From contig OX597839.1 of NCBI GenBank assembly GCA_951406725.2, positions 36,394,001 through 36,458,000 on the forward strand: 64,000 nucleotides of DNA, in the 5' to 3' direction. Below are positions 26,125 to 42,114 of the stretch, in pieces (position 1 is the first letter of the stretch; every line of letters starts with the position of its first letter). A program made the position numbers and the translations under genes. Source of the DNA: Octopus vulgaris. Lineage: Eukaryota. The notes beneath the pieces are model-generated. The model did not search any database. It saw only the letters and a list, made by a program, of their open reading frames with translations, and was not told the DNA's origin.

Positions 26125-26941
26125 CGGTGGCACGTAAAAAGCACCCATCTGATTGTGGCTGTATGCCAGCCTCGTCTGGCCCCCGTGCCGGTGGCATGTA
26201 AAAAGCACCCACTACACTCACGGAGTGGTTGGCGTTAGGAAGGGCATCCAGCCGTAGAAACATTGCCAGATCAGACTGGGCCTGGTGCAGCCTTCTGGCT
26301 TCCCAGACCCCAGATGAACCGTCCATGGAAAGCGGACGCTAAATGATGATGATGATATATATATATATATGTGATGGGCTTCCACACAGTTTCCATCTAC
26401 TAAATCCACTTACAAGTAGTTGGTTGATCTGGTGCTATAATAGAAGGTACTTGCCCAAGGTGTTCACACAATGGGAACTGAAACTAAAACCTCATGGTTG
26501 TGAAGTGAATTACTGAACCACACAGCTACGCTCAATCCTCCGTATGTGTGTATTTTCCCACAACGTTGAAAAGGAATGACATTCATTTACAACAATCACG
26601 CGATATCAAAATCAGGAAACACACTCACACACATGTACACAGGCACACACACACACACACACACATATGTGCAATGAAACTGAAAGAAGCTTTTGTGTGT
26701 GTGTTGTGTTGTCTTAACATTGCATAATTGTTAGAAATGAGTGTTACTCATTTTCAAAATTCTGTGGAAACAAGTCTGGTTATGGGGCAATATTTACCTT
26801 GGTTGGTGACAGAAAGGGGCATCTGGCTACAGAAAAGCTGCCTCAGCAAATTTTACTTGAAATGGAAATAATAATATATATACACACACACTCACACACA
26901 TACACATAGTTACACATACACACACACACTCACACATACAT

Positions 26942-27362
26942 ACTCTCTTTTACTCTCTCTTTTACTTGTTTACTTGTTTCAGTCATTTGACTGCGGCCAT
27001 GCTGGAGCACCGCCTTTAGTCGAGCAAATCAACCCCGGGACTTATTCTTTGTAAGCTCAGTACTTATTCTATCGGTCTATTTTGCTGAACCGCTAAGTGA
27101 CGGGGACGTAAACACACCAGCATCGGTTGTCAAGCAATGCTAGGGGGACAAACACAGAGACACAAACATACACACACGCACACATATATACATATATACA
27201 ATGGGCTTCTTTGAGTTTCCGTCTACCAAATCCATTCACAAGGCATTGGTCGGCCTGAGGTTATAGTAGAAGACACTTGCCCAAGGTGCCACGCAGTGGG
27301 ACTGAACCCAGAACCATGTGCTTGGTAAGCAAGCTACTTACCACACAGCCAATCCTGCGCCT
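26942..27362 (-). mobile_element. SINE family A
   Basis: Full-length inverted copy. Confidence 0.9.
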
Positions 27363-28950
27363 AGGCATATATATACACATGCACACACAGAGATTTAAAG
27401 GGAGGGTAAATCACAGTAAATCTGCAATTTTCCACTTTCCTGTTTTGTTTTATATATATATATATATAGTGTGTGTGTGTGTATATACACGTGCATGCAC
27501 ACACACAGAGCAAAATTTATAAATTAACTCATATTTGAAGATGAATAGGTGGGGGTTAGTGATGATGGCAGAAGTTACTTGTGGTTGTGTGTTCTGCAGA
27601 CATGTAGCCCCCTTCATCTCTGTCTTCCCCCTCTCACTGTCTGTCTGTCTGGGTGGACCCACCAATCCTGCCTGTTTATAACTTTGCATAGAAGGGAGAA
27701 AGTGTTTTTTTTTTTTCTTCTTCTTATCTCTGTGATAAAGGACACAAGGAGCTGGTCTGTGTAACCATCTACCTACCTACCCACCCACCCCATTCACCCT
27801 GGTACCAGAGGTGAGGGGATGGTTGCCGGTGGGGGGCGGGGCAGCGGCAGATAGTATGATGATGGCGGTGGTGGTGGTGGTGGGCAGTAAATGGCTTAGA
27901 TGGTAGCCTTACAAGCAGCAGCTGTGGTGGTGGCGGTGGGGGGGGGGAAAGTAGGCTGTACCCCCTCCCCCTCACTCCTCTGCTACCACATTCCATTCTA
28001 CTGAGACTGGGTCTTGGACCACCTCTCTCGCCTCCTTTCATCTCTCTCAAGCCATAGCTTAATCCCCTCCACCCCCCCAGGCACCTCTACACTCTTACCT
28101 CATCTGGCTTTTATAACACCCCCACCCCACCTTCCCCAGCCTCCTCCTTTTAACCCCCCCCTCTCCAATCCTCTGCTATCGTTTCCTCCATCTTCATCTT
28201 ACCCCCCCCCCCTACAGCTGCCACATTTAGATTTTATAAAACCTTGAAGCGTTTACCATCAACTCCCATCTTTCTCACAATTTCACCCAACCAGTGACTA
28301 TCTCTTGTCTTTTACATTTTGCTTTTTGTTTCGAGACTGTAGAAAGAGATTTGGCTGCTCTTTCTAGCGGCTTCAACGACCACACCTTTGATACACCCCG
28401 CGTCTTTCTTCTCTCTTTTACTTATTTCTGTCATTCGACTACGGCCATGCTGGGGCACCACCTTGAATTTTCAGTTGAATCTGTCAACCCCGGTACTTAT
28501 CCTTTTAAGGCTTGGTACTTCCGTCTCTTTTGTGGAAACACTAGGTTAGGGTTAAACACAGGCGCCAGTTGTCAAGCAGCGCACAGGGTGGTGGAGGCAC
28601 GTGCACACACACACACACACACACACGAGTAATGTCTCTGTATATACAAGTTAATTTGTTCCCACCCCACCCCCTGAAGACCACTTGTAAAGCAGAGCAA
28701 TAATTTCCCATAATGGCAGTGCCCCAGCATGGCCACAGCTCGTGAGCTGAAACTAGATAAAATAAAAATAAAAAAAAATAGTAGCAATGTTATAAACTAT
28801 AATTCGTCCCCCCACCCCCTGACCCGAAAAATATTTTACCTGTAGAATTTATAATACTCGTAAATAAATGGCAATAAAACAACAGCAGAATGTAAAGAAT
28901 ATTTTATGTAAGGTAAAAAGAATGTCAAAAATCATTTATAATAAAAAAAC

Positions 28951-29005
<55 letters not shown>

Positions 29006-29466
29006 ATGCTGGCGTTAGGAAGGGCATCCAGCTGTAGAAACATTGCCAGAAAAGACTGGAGCCTGGTGCAGCCTTCTGGCTTCCCAGATCCCCGGTTGAA
29101 CCGTCCAACCCATGCTAGCATGGAGAACGGACGTTAAACGATAATGAGGATGATGATGTTTTCTGAATCACTTTCCCTTACACTAGACACGCACACACAA
29201 TCACTTGTAGACACGATCATCGATTCACAAGCACTCATAGACGGACTCATAGATGTCTTTTTGAAAAACAAGTCTTGAGTTGTCTGCTTAGAAGAAGCTT
29301 CTTTTTTGCTCTCTGTAGATTTCTTGGTAACACACAGAAGCATTTGTTGTGGGAGAAGAAACTTGTGAACTTTGTTCGAAATTTGGATCTTGAGCTTGAA
29401 AAATAAAACTCGTAAACCCAGGATCTTGTAACGTGGGTCTTCATAAAGTCAGGTGTTACTGTATGA

Positions 29467-29508
<42 letters not shown>

Positions 29509-30405
29509 TCTTTACTCTCTTTTACTTGTTTCAGTCATTTGACTGCGGCCATGCTGGAGCACCGCCTTTAGTCAAGCAAATCGACCCCAGGACTTTATTT
29601 GGTTGTTATATTGACCCTTTAAGCTTTCAAATTATTCTCTCAAATGGCAATACTTCATCATCATCATCGTTTAACCTCTACTTTCCATGCTAGCATGGGT
29701 TGGACGGTGCAACTGGGGTTTGGGAAGCCTGAAGGCTGCACCAGGCTCCGGTCTGATCTGGCAGTGTTTCTACAGCTGGATGCTCTTCCTAACGCCAACC
29801 ACTCCGTGAGTGTAGTGGGTGCTTTTTAAGTGCCACCGACACAGGTGCCAGACGAGGCTGGTGAACGGCCACGCTCGGATGGTGCTTTTTATGTGCCACC
29901 AGCACGGAGGCGAGGCAAGGCTGGCAAACGGCCACGATCGGATGGTGTTTGTTACGAATTAACCATACATTATCTCAAGATGTTGATGGTGTGTTTGTAT
30001 ATTTTTGAAATGGCATTGTAGAGTAGGCGTAAGAGGCCAGCTGTGGCCAGTTTGAACATAAAGCAGGAAGAACATTTCAGTTGGGTATGGCTGGTTTAAA
30101 TGCTAAAGGGGTTTAAGATCAGGTGTCTATATCGAGATCTTCTGATTGGTAGATGTTGTGGTCCTTATTTTAAGGATAATAGGGAGAGATTTAATAGTCC
30201 CTTGCCCTTAGTGTAAGCAGTACAGAACAAAAGAATTACAACTTTTGTAAACAGCTGTCAAAGCCTTGTTTGGTGGTTGTTGTTGTGACAGGTGACAATG
30301 TTTTTTTTGTTATATATATATAAATACACACACACACTCTATCACCCTACTTCAGCCAGAGTGGGTGTACTACCTGTTTTGAAGGATTAGTCATATATAT
30401 ATATA

Positions 30406-30790
30406 GGTGTAGGAGTGGCTGTGTGGTAAGTAGCTTGCTTACCAACCACGTGGTTCCAGGTTCAATCCCACTGTGGAGCACTTTGGGCAAGTGTCTTCTG
30501 CTATAGACTCGGGCTGACCAAAGCCTTGTGAGTGGATTTGGTAGACGGGAACTGAAAGAAGCCCATCGTATATATATATATATATATGTTTGTATGTCTG
30601 TGTTTGTCCCCCAAACATCGCTTGACAACCGATGCTGGTGTGTTTGCGTCCCCTTAACTTGGCGGTTCGGTGAAAGAGACCGATAGAATAAATACTGGGC
30701 TTACAAAAATAAGTCCTGGTGTCGATTTGTTCGACTAAAGGTGGTGCTCCAGCATGGTAGCAGTCAAAATAACTGAAACAAATAAAAGAA
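30406..30790 (+). mobile_element. SINE family A
   Basis: Full-length copy; partial or degenerate copies also near 14340, 25050, 33936, 37005, 45400, 54605 and 57440. Confidence 0.88.
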
Positions 30791-30811
30791 TAATATATAT
30801 ATATATATATA

Positions 30812-33456
<2,645 letters not shown>

Positions 33457-33705
33457 ACTTCCCACTTTGCTGGTGGTGATGTTAATGGGGAGGGTATTAC
33501 CTGGTAAAACCCTGTCCCCCTCCCCCCTCTCTCTGCCCCAACCTGATTTCTGATATTGCTGTGTCATCTACATTTGAGAGTCCACGGGCCATCCACCACC
33601 CATCCCTACATGCTCTTCCCCCACTTCCTTTCCACAATTACATCTGACACTGTCAGTCACTACCAAAGCCATTTCCACCACCAACATTCCCATCACCACC
33701 ACCAC

Positions 33706-33766
<61 letters not shown>

Positions 33767-34090
33767 GCATAAGTGTATTTATAGCGTTCATAAGCAAGAG
33801 TGCATTTTGCTCCAAAAATACCAATATGAAAATTTCTCTCATGGTAACTACTGGAGTACAGTTTGTTCTAAAAAAGCATTTATGTTTAAGTGGCGATACA
33901 CACACACACACACACACACATATACATATATAATAGGTGCAGGCATGGCTGTGGTAAGAAGCTTGCTTTCTGACCACATGGTTCCAGGTTCAGTCCCACT
34001 GCATAGCACCATGGACAAGTGTCTTCTACTATAGCCTTGGGGCAACCAAAGCCTTGTGATTTGGTAAACGAAAACTGAAAGAAGTTTGTC

Positions 34091-34126
<36 letters not shown>

Positions 34127-34231
34127 CAAAATATCATAAGTCCTGGGGTTGATTTGTTTGACTAATACCTTTCAATGCAGTGCTGTAGCATGGCTGCAGT
34201 CAAATGGCTGAAATGAGTAAAAGAATATATA

Positions 34232-35075
34232 CATGGTCCGATCAATAAATATCCGGACTGTTGCCAAGGTAACAAAGCTAAAGCTTACAGAGTGAAGCCA
34301 CTTGGCACAGATTGACCTCGAGTTCTGCTGTGCATGTGCATTAAGTTTTAACGTTCAACCTCACTTCTGCTGTTTACAGCAGTGCTTGGAAGGAAGGTGT
34401 GTAGTGTGTGATCGTTGCATGGACCATAACGGAGAAAGTTGAGCAGAAAATCTGCATCAAATTTTGCCAAAAGCTTGAGGATACTTGCTCAGAGGCTCAT
34501 GCAAAGTTTTCAACAAGTTTTCATCATTCTCGACACAACCAAGGGGATCTTGTGCAACTGAAACCCGAGTGTCTTTTTGGTCAGCTGAAAGCAGTTTTGG
34601 CACAAACTTGGCAGACATGCATCTCATACCCAAATCTTCAGTGATAATGGACTGAACTGAACCGTAACAAATCTGCACTTCTTCTGATAACTCATGGATG
34701 GGGATTCAGTGATTTTCCCCTCACAGCTGCACATGCATCTGTGATGTTTTTCTTAATTCTGTTGGTTGCTGGTCTCCTAGAACATTCATCAATATCGACA
34801 TTCTTTCATGCGTCTTGGAAACGTCTGAACCACTCGTACACTTGTGTGAGGCTCATACACCTCTCTCCATACACTTTCTGCCACTTTGCATAGGCCTCTG
34901 AGCAGGTATCGCCGTGACATCTTTCTCTGTCATGGTCAATGTGATGATCACATGCTACACACCTTCCTTCCAAGCACTTCTGTAAACAGCGCAAGTTAGC
35001 TAGAATGTTAAAACTTTGTGTGCATACACAGCAAAGCTCAGGGTCAATCTTTGCCAAACGGTTTCACTCTGCATT
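34232..35075. mobile_element. Mariner derivative with two inverted left ends
   Basis: + strand EQKICIKFCQKL; - strand KVYGERCMSLTQVYEWFRRFQD (mariner HTH); left-end sequence repeated in inverted orientation at about 34940-35075. Confidence 0.8.
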
Positions 35076-35526
35076 AAGACCCATCAAAGCCCTAAACATT
35101 TCAAAAGATTTTGGTGTCCCCATGAAAGATTATGTAATTCAAAATAGGAACAATAACAAACCATAAAATGAATTTTTATTTTTCAAAATGAGACAAAACA
35201 GTAAGGGGGGGAAATAATGTTTATTTTTGTCTCCTTCCACTTTATTTATATTTGAAAAGTTTTCCTCCTACTTTTTGGAATTGCAATGTCTTTGATCAGA
35301 TCCTCAAAATTAATCTTAGGTAACACATCTGCATCTATACTAAATAGAGATAAAGGCATCCCAAATATTATTTTAGCAATTTTCAAGTGATTTCTTTTGT
35401 GTAGTAGACCATTTACCATTTCTTTGGTATCCCCCCTTCCTTCCCTTGATGGCCTAAGCACGTGCTTATTTTGCTTAATGGTGAATCCAGCGCTGTAGAT
35501 GCTAACTCCCCACTTTATTGTTGCAG

Positions 35527-35645
35527 GTATGCTGAAACGAAAGACCTTAGTATTGGATCTTGATGAAACTTTAATCCACTCCCACCATGATGGAGTTTTA
35601 CGTCAAACAGTGAAACCAGGGACTCCACCAGACTTTGTATTAAAG
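35527..35645 (+). CDS. CTDNEP1: CTDNEP1 exon with catalytic DxDxT motif (119 nt)
   Basis: ttgcag/gtaagt boundaries, phase compatible with the previous exon; (S)[39 protein letters not shown]. Confidence 0.97.
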
Positions 35646-36005
35646 GTAAGTGGCATTGAGTAAAGGGAATTGCTTGTCGTTTTTACCTGCACACCACACC
35701 ACACACCCATACACTTTTAATTGGCTCTTGAGTCACGTACTGCTTATTAAAAATTATATATATGAATATATATATATATATATATATATAATAATAAAAT
35801 ATTAGGGAATAAATCCAAACTTACAGGGAAAAAATCAGATTTAGGATTGAATCCAATTTTATAGTAAAATATTATATTATATTAAATTAGAGATAAAACC
35901 ACTATTAGGCAAATCATACAATGAAAAACTTAAGCCTATACATAAGATTAATTAATTTATATTATTTAAATATATATCAAAATTATTAAAAAAGATAATT
36001 AATAT

Positions 36006-36075
36006 AACACTACGATCGTTTCATGGCTGTTCAATTCTTAAAATTTTCGAGTTACAGTCATTCTTCAGGTGGTTT
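36006..36075 (-). ncRNA. Inverted copy of the hammerhead motif
   Basis: Reverse complement of 36128-36197, in the other arm of the palindrome. Confidence 0.78.
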
Positions 36076-36127
36076 ACATATTTAACTTGGCGAGGTCTAA
36101 TCAATGAACTCGCCAAGTTAAATATGT

Positions 36128-36197
36128 AAACCACCTGAAGAATGACTGTAACTCGAAAATTTTAAGAATTGAACAGCCATGAAACGATCGTAGTGTT
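36128..36197 (+). ncRNA. Minimal type I hammerhead ribozyme motif
   Basis: cac-CTGAAGA-atgactgt...acagccat-GAAA-cgatcg-TA-gtg: stem I, core, stem II, palindromic stem III, GUA cleavage triplet at 36190-36192. Confidence 0.8.
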
Positions 36198-36370
36198 ATA
36201 TTAATTATCTTTTTTAATAATTTTGATATATATTTAAATAATATAAATTAATTAGTCTTATGTATTGGCTTAAGTTTTTCATTGTTTGATTTGCCTAATA
36301 GTGGTTTTATCTCTAATTTAATATAATATATATATATATACACTTTATTTAAAGCAGCAGAAAATTCAAC

Positions 36371-36417
36371 AAAACCTGTTACTCTGAGTTTCACGTTCCC
36401 GTTCGTCGGACAGTTTT
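36371..36417 (-). ncRNA. Second, unrelated minimal hammerhead motif (U4C core variant)
   Basis: Reverse complement aaaactgt-CCGACGA-acg ggaa cgt-GAAA-ctcagag-TA-acag g tttt, followed downstream by AATAAA and (TA)n. Confidence 0.7.
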
Positions 36418-36494
36418 TGCTAGTATTTGAGTACTCTTTTTTCCACCTTGTTTCACATTTATGTGTTTACTCTGGTATATATATATATATATAT

Positions 36495-36680
36495 CTAAAG
36501 TTAAATAATGAGGATAGAAATTAATATTAATTAAATTAATATCAATTTAAACCAGTGGCCTGGCATATTTAAAATAATCCAAAGATTCAGAAAAATTATA
36601 TGACATACAAATAAGAGGAATGACCACTAGGTGGATTCCTAATATGCTAGAGGAAGACCCCATATGGTCTGACCACTAAG
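36495..36680 (-). mobile_element. AT-rich element end homologous to 5822-5980
   Basis: Shared blocks ctagcat, tcca, agtggtc, tgtatgt, tctttgga, aatatgc, gccactggttt; abuts (TA)n. Confidence 0.62.
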
Positions 36681-38551
36681 AAAAATTGTTCTCAAGAAAT
36701 TGCAGTCGTGGCAGATGCTGGGGTCATGCAAATGGCACCCGTGCTAGTGGCACGTAAAAGCACCCATTACACTCTCAGAGTGGTTGGCATTAAGAAGGGC
36801 ATCCAGCCGTAGAAAACCATGCCAAATCAGACTGGAAGCTGGCGCAGCCTTCCAACGTGCCAGCCCAGTCAAATTGTGCAATCCATGCCCTCATGGACAA
36901 CAGAAGTTAAATGATGATGGTGATGATGATATATATATATATGTCAGGCTACTTAGAATAAAGAATTAAAATTATGATGTTTTACTGTCAATAAATTAAT
37001 ATACCGACCAAAGCCTTGTGAGTGGATTTGGTAGACGGAAACTGAAGGAAGCCCGTCGTATATATGTATATATATATGTATATATATGTGTATGTGTTTG
37101 TGCATCTGTGTTTGTCCCCCCCCCCCAATATCGCTTGACAAACGATGCTGGTGTGTTTACGTCCCCGTAACTTAGTGGTTTGGCAAAAGAGACCGACAGA
37201 ATAAGAACTAGGCTTACAAAGAATAAGTCCTGGGGTCGATTTGCTCGACTAAAGGCGGTGCTCCAGCATGGCCACTGTCAAATGACTGAAACGAGTAAAA
37301 GAGTAAAGAGATACCATATTGGATGACATGTGATTGAGTTTTTTCCCTTAAAAATAAAAAAGAATGTCTCAAAACATCGCACCAGATCCTATTTATAAAG
37401 TTGGGCCTCTCATAGACTTCTGCACACTAAAATCTTTGTTTCTTGAATATGTGCTGCTGGAATTGGGGTGCATCCAATATGCTTACGTCATCAAATGTAG
37501 TATGTGTATATGTATGCTTGTGTTTATGTATGTATAAATGTGTGTATATTTTTATAATGTTTTTCTTGTTTCTGTCATTAGGCTGTGGCCATGCTGGGGC
37601 ACCCACTGCCTTGTAGTGTACGTATATATTTATATGTACATGTGTGTGTATGTAATCTATGGAAGTAAGTGTTTTTCTAGCGACAACAGAATCTACTGAA
37701 CTAGTGATTCTGTCGTTACGCACAACACATGTACGTCTTTAGTCGGTTCAGCTACTACAACAACAACAACAACAACAACCATTGCTGTTAACTATAGCCG
37801 AGTCCCCCCCCCCCGGCTGCCACCCTACACCCCTGTAATAAATACCACAGATCTGCTTACCACCGATTGTAGTTTGGTAAACAACACCCTTCACATACCA
37901 ACCGACCGACCGACCGATCGGCTGATTCTGATGGAGCCACTGAGCCAACCGAAAGTAATTCCTCATCAGTCAAGGTTATTTACTGAGAAACAATCATCTT
38001 CTTACCGTTCTTCTCAAATAACTGGATTCCTTTTATTCCATTCTTTTTCTCTCTCTCTCTCTCTTCCTTCCACCTTTGACTTTCCCTCGCCCTCTCTTTC
38101 ACTCCTCCCCCCCTCCGCCGCCATCCCATTGTATCCTTGTAGTTTGCTAATTATCTGGCAAGATGCCCGTTCGGTTCTTATGTAACCCGACATGTCATAA
38201 ATGTGTGAATACCATTGTTGCATCAGTTAACAACATTACTGATGTTGGAAGAGATGTGTGTGTGTGTGTGTTTGTTCGGTTACATCACAGCAGAACCAGG
38301 CTGTGGGGGGTTTGCAGTGTGCAGCATGGTATGGTGACAGGGTGGATGGTGAGAGAGAGAGAGAGAGAGAAATAACTATCATATTCGATACATAAAAGAT
38401 GCATGTCGTTTTTTTTTTCAAAAAAAAATATCCCTAAAATCACCTCCGGTCCCATAAGCTTTAAGGCATGAAAAACTTTTTTTTCCCCCCAAATATGTGC
38501 AGCTGAAATTGGGGTGCATTTCATATGCGTCTTTTATGCCATCAAATCTGT

Positions 38552-38610
<59 letters not shown>

Positions 38611-38863
38611 CAAGGGTAAGTTTACGAAAATAAACAAAAGACGAAGGCAGGTGGTGTACAAAACAAACAAATGTATTAGTATGGCACTCAGAAATAGAAA
38701 AAGTCTTTTACGTTTCAAGCCAACACTCTTTGACAGAAAGATACACAGAAAAAAACAAGGAGAGAAAAAAAATGTGTATAGTAGCTAATGATTTATCATG
38801 GTGTCCTATATATATATTCAGTAATTATTAGCGAAGGAAGCAGTCTAAAATATCGAAAAGCAG

Positions 38864-39080
38864 TCTTTATATCCAAATAAAGCTGGATGTCTTTGTTAGA
38901 ACACCGAATACTGCATTACCAGCCTCGAGAGATCCTCTCGTGTTGGCTTTTGATGCATAAAAGCACAAACAGAGATAGTGTGGTTTTATGCACTGACACC
39001 TGTGTGAGAGGATCACCCAAGGCTAATTACGTAGTATTCAATGTTCTAATAAAACATCCATCTTAAGTTGGATATAAAGA
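38864..39080. repeat. Imperfect palindrome of about 215 bp
   Basis: tctttatatccaa...gatcctctc...tgcataaaa pairs with ttttatgca...gagaggatc...ttggatataaaga. Confidence 0.8.
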
Positions 39081-40057
39081 TCACACACATTTTTATACCA
39101 TATTTTATGGTATATCATGCATTTTGTTTCTGAAAAAAGAAATGTCTCAGGATATCACCCTAGCCTTCCCATACATTTTAATGTACTCAAATATTTTTTC
39201 ACCTGAATGCACATTAAACGATGATGGTGGTAATGTATACTGTAATGACCGATGTATAAGTCATACTATTTTATACTATTTATACTAAAAAAAAAAATAC
39301 CTTGGGTGTAACTTACAGGGTAAAGCTAAATGTATGAAAGGAAAAAAAATTTTGTATCAGGACGTAAAAAACATTTCAAGCGTGGCCATTGCCAGTACCA
39401 CCTGACTGGCCCTCATGCTGGTGGCACGTAAAAGCACTCACTACACTCACAGAATGGTTGGCGTTAGGAAGGGCATCCAGCTGTAGAAACTCTGCCAGAT
39501 CAGATTGGAGCCTGGTGCAGCCATCTGCCCCGCCAGTCCTCAGTCAAACTGTCCAACCCATGCCAGCAGGGAAAGCGGACATTAAACAACAACAAACAAA
39601 ATATGCTCTACTGAAATTAGGGTCTGTCTAAATATGCCTGAGCATTTTTTACACCTCCAAATATGGTATTTTGGCATTGTTTATTTTTAGCCATATTCAG
39701 TCCGGATCCTGTAAATCTTGTGTAATTAGGGATGTTCTAGTCACAATCGTCCCCTCTTTTATTTCAGATATAGTGTATCTTGGACTACATTATTTAATGT
39801 AACCTCCCTACCTTTTTTTTTTAAAGATTGTAGACTGGAGGTGTAGGCTGCTGTTAGATAAGTTTCTCATACATTACATCTATTATGTCTGCTCTGCTCC
39901 CATGTTTTTGTACTACATGACATCCACCTTCTGTCCCCTTATCTTTCTCAGCCATCACATCTGTCTAACCCCTGCCATGTCTTTGTCATACTCTGTATCC
40001 AACTTCCCCCTATCACCTCTCTGTTATACATTACACCCCTTCCCCATTTCTTTGCAT

Positions 40058-40660
40058 TACATCACATCCTGCCCCCACTTTGTCATGCATCACATCCTGC
40101 CCCCACTTTGTCATGCATCACATCCTAACCCCACTTTGTCATGCATCACATCCTACCCCCACTTTGTCATGCATCACACCCTACCCCCACTTTGTCATGC
40201 ATCACATCCTACCCCCACTTTGTCATGCATCACATCCTACCCCCCACTTTGTTATACATCACATCCTGCCCCCACTTTGTCATGCATCACATCCTACCCC
40301 CACTTTGTCATGCATCACATCCTGCCCCCACTTTGTCATGCATCACATCCTACCCCCACTTTGTCATGCATCACATCCTGCCCCCACTTTGTCATGCATC
40401 ACATCCTGCCCCCACTTTGTCATGCATCACATCCTACCCCCTCTTTGTCATGCATCACATCCTACCCCCACTTTGTCATGCATCACATCCTACCCCCACT
40501 TTGTCATGCATCACATCCTGCCCCCACTTTGTCATACATCACATCCTGCCCCCACTTTGTCATGCATCACATCCTACCCCCCACTTTGTTATACATCACA
40601 TCCTGCCCCCACTTTGTCATGCATCACATCCTACCCCCACTTTGCATTACATCACATCCA
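40058..40660. repeat. 28-bp minisatellite
   Basis: Unit catcacatcctrcccccactttgtcatg; explains the three overlapping repetitive ORFs. Confidence 0.95.
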
Positions 40661-41484
40661 CCAACCTCCACCTCTGTCATACATTACAGCCATAAATGTG
40701 TTTCACTGGTAACTTTGTGTTTGTGATGATGGCATAACTGGCCAAAGCTTTCGAAGTCACTGTCAACAATATCCTTGTTTAAGAATAAACCTGTTCTCTA
40801 AAAATGTAAAGAGAAATCCTTGAGCTGAGAGATTTAGAAATGCAATCATCATCATCATTGTTTAACGTCCGCTTTCCATGCTAGCATGGGTTGGACAGTT
40901 CAACTGGGGTCTGGGAAGCCCGAAGGCTGCACCAGGCCAGTCAGATCTGGTAGTGTTTCTACAGCTGGATGCCCTTCCTAACGCCAACCACTCCAAGAGT
41001 GTAGTGGGTGATTTTATGTGCCACCGACACAGGTGCCAGACGAGGCTGGCGAACGGCCACGCTCGGATGGTGTTTTTTACGTGCCACCGGCACGGAGGCC
41101 AGTCAATGCGGTACTAAACAAGCATTAACTGTTATGTGTCTATGGGTTGTGGCTGGGTGTTTGTATGTGTTTATACGAGCATTGTATGGTGTATGTTCAA
41201 ACACGAGTGAGATGCAGTCTCTGTCTTGGCTTGTTGCCACAGAACTCGACATATGTAGCCTTGTACAAGAACAATGGTCCTCTAGAATTGTCTCATCACC
41301 TGTAAAGGGTAATGAGGTGTGTGGACTGCACTGATGCTGTGCTGTTGGGATGATCATGTCGTTTGTTCTTCTCATCCAGAAAAGAATGGATGACATCTAA
41401 TGTGGCAGAGAATTTGAAGTTGGTTTCAATAGATATGCATCACAATACCTATATATTTATATTTATATTATTTTCTACTTCCAG

Positions 41485-41556
41485 GTTATCATAGATCGAC
41501 ATCCTGTTCGTTTCTTTGTGTATAAGCGACCTCATGTTGACTACTTCTTAGAAATA
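41485..41556 (+). CDS. CTDNEP1: CTDNEP1 exon (72 nt)
   Basis: ttccag/gtaagt; [24 protein letters not shown]. Confidence 0.97.
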
Positions 41557-42114
41557 GTAAGTATCCACATCTCTCCTGTTACTACTGCCTTTGTGATTAG
41601 AACTCTGGAACCCTTGGTAATCAAAATCTCTCATAATGGTACAAGTTACAGATGGTTATCAACTTTTATTCATTAGTCTCTTTCATCTTCTCTGAGTATT
41701 TAATTGAAACTGTCTCTATACAATGTACTCTGGGTGGCCAAATACCCTGTGCCTCAAACTTGTGTGCTCAGTCTGCTCTACTGTTATATAATGTACCTAG
41801 GGTGGCCAGCACCCTGTTCTTTCTGTACCATCTTTGTTGGGTATTCATTCTAAAATGGCTCTATACAATGTACCTGAGGGGTCGGGTAGTATCCTGCTTT
41901 CTGTACCATCTTTGTTGGGTATTCATTCTAAAATGGCTCTATACAATGTACCTGAGGGTGGGGGTAGTGGCCTGTGCATCTACCTTGAAGGCTTAGTTTA
42001 AGCAGTCTTTATATAAGATACCCAGAGCAGCCAGTAGTACCCTGTTCTTTCTGTGTATCATAACATTTAATCCAGGTTAATCAGAATTCTATTGCATCTG
42101 TACAAAAGCTATCT

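Larger units (their letters stand above)
35791..36330. mobile_element. Penelope-like/retrozyme-type non-autonomous element, inverted arrangement, in (TA)n
   Basis: About 220-bp near-perfect inverted arms (35873-36094 / 36109-36330), hammerhead motifs, (TA)n on both flanks. Confidence 0.7.

Noticed and set aside
39902-40726. Three long His/Pro/Cys-rich ORFs
   Set aside because: All arise from a 28-bp minisatellite; the same peptide appears in each frame
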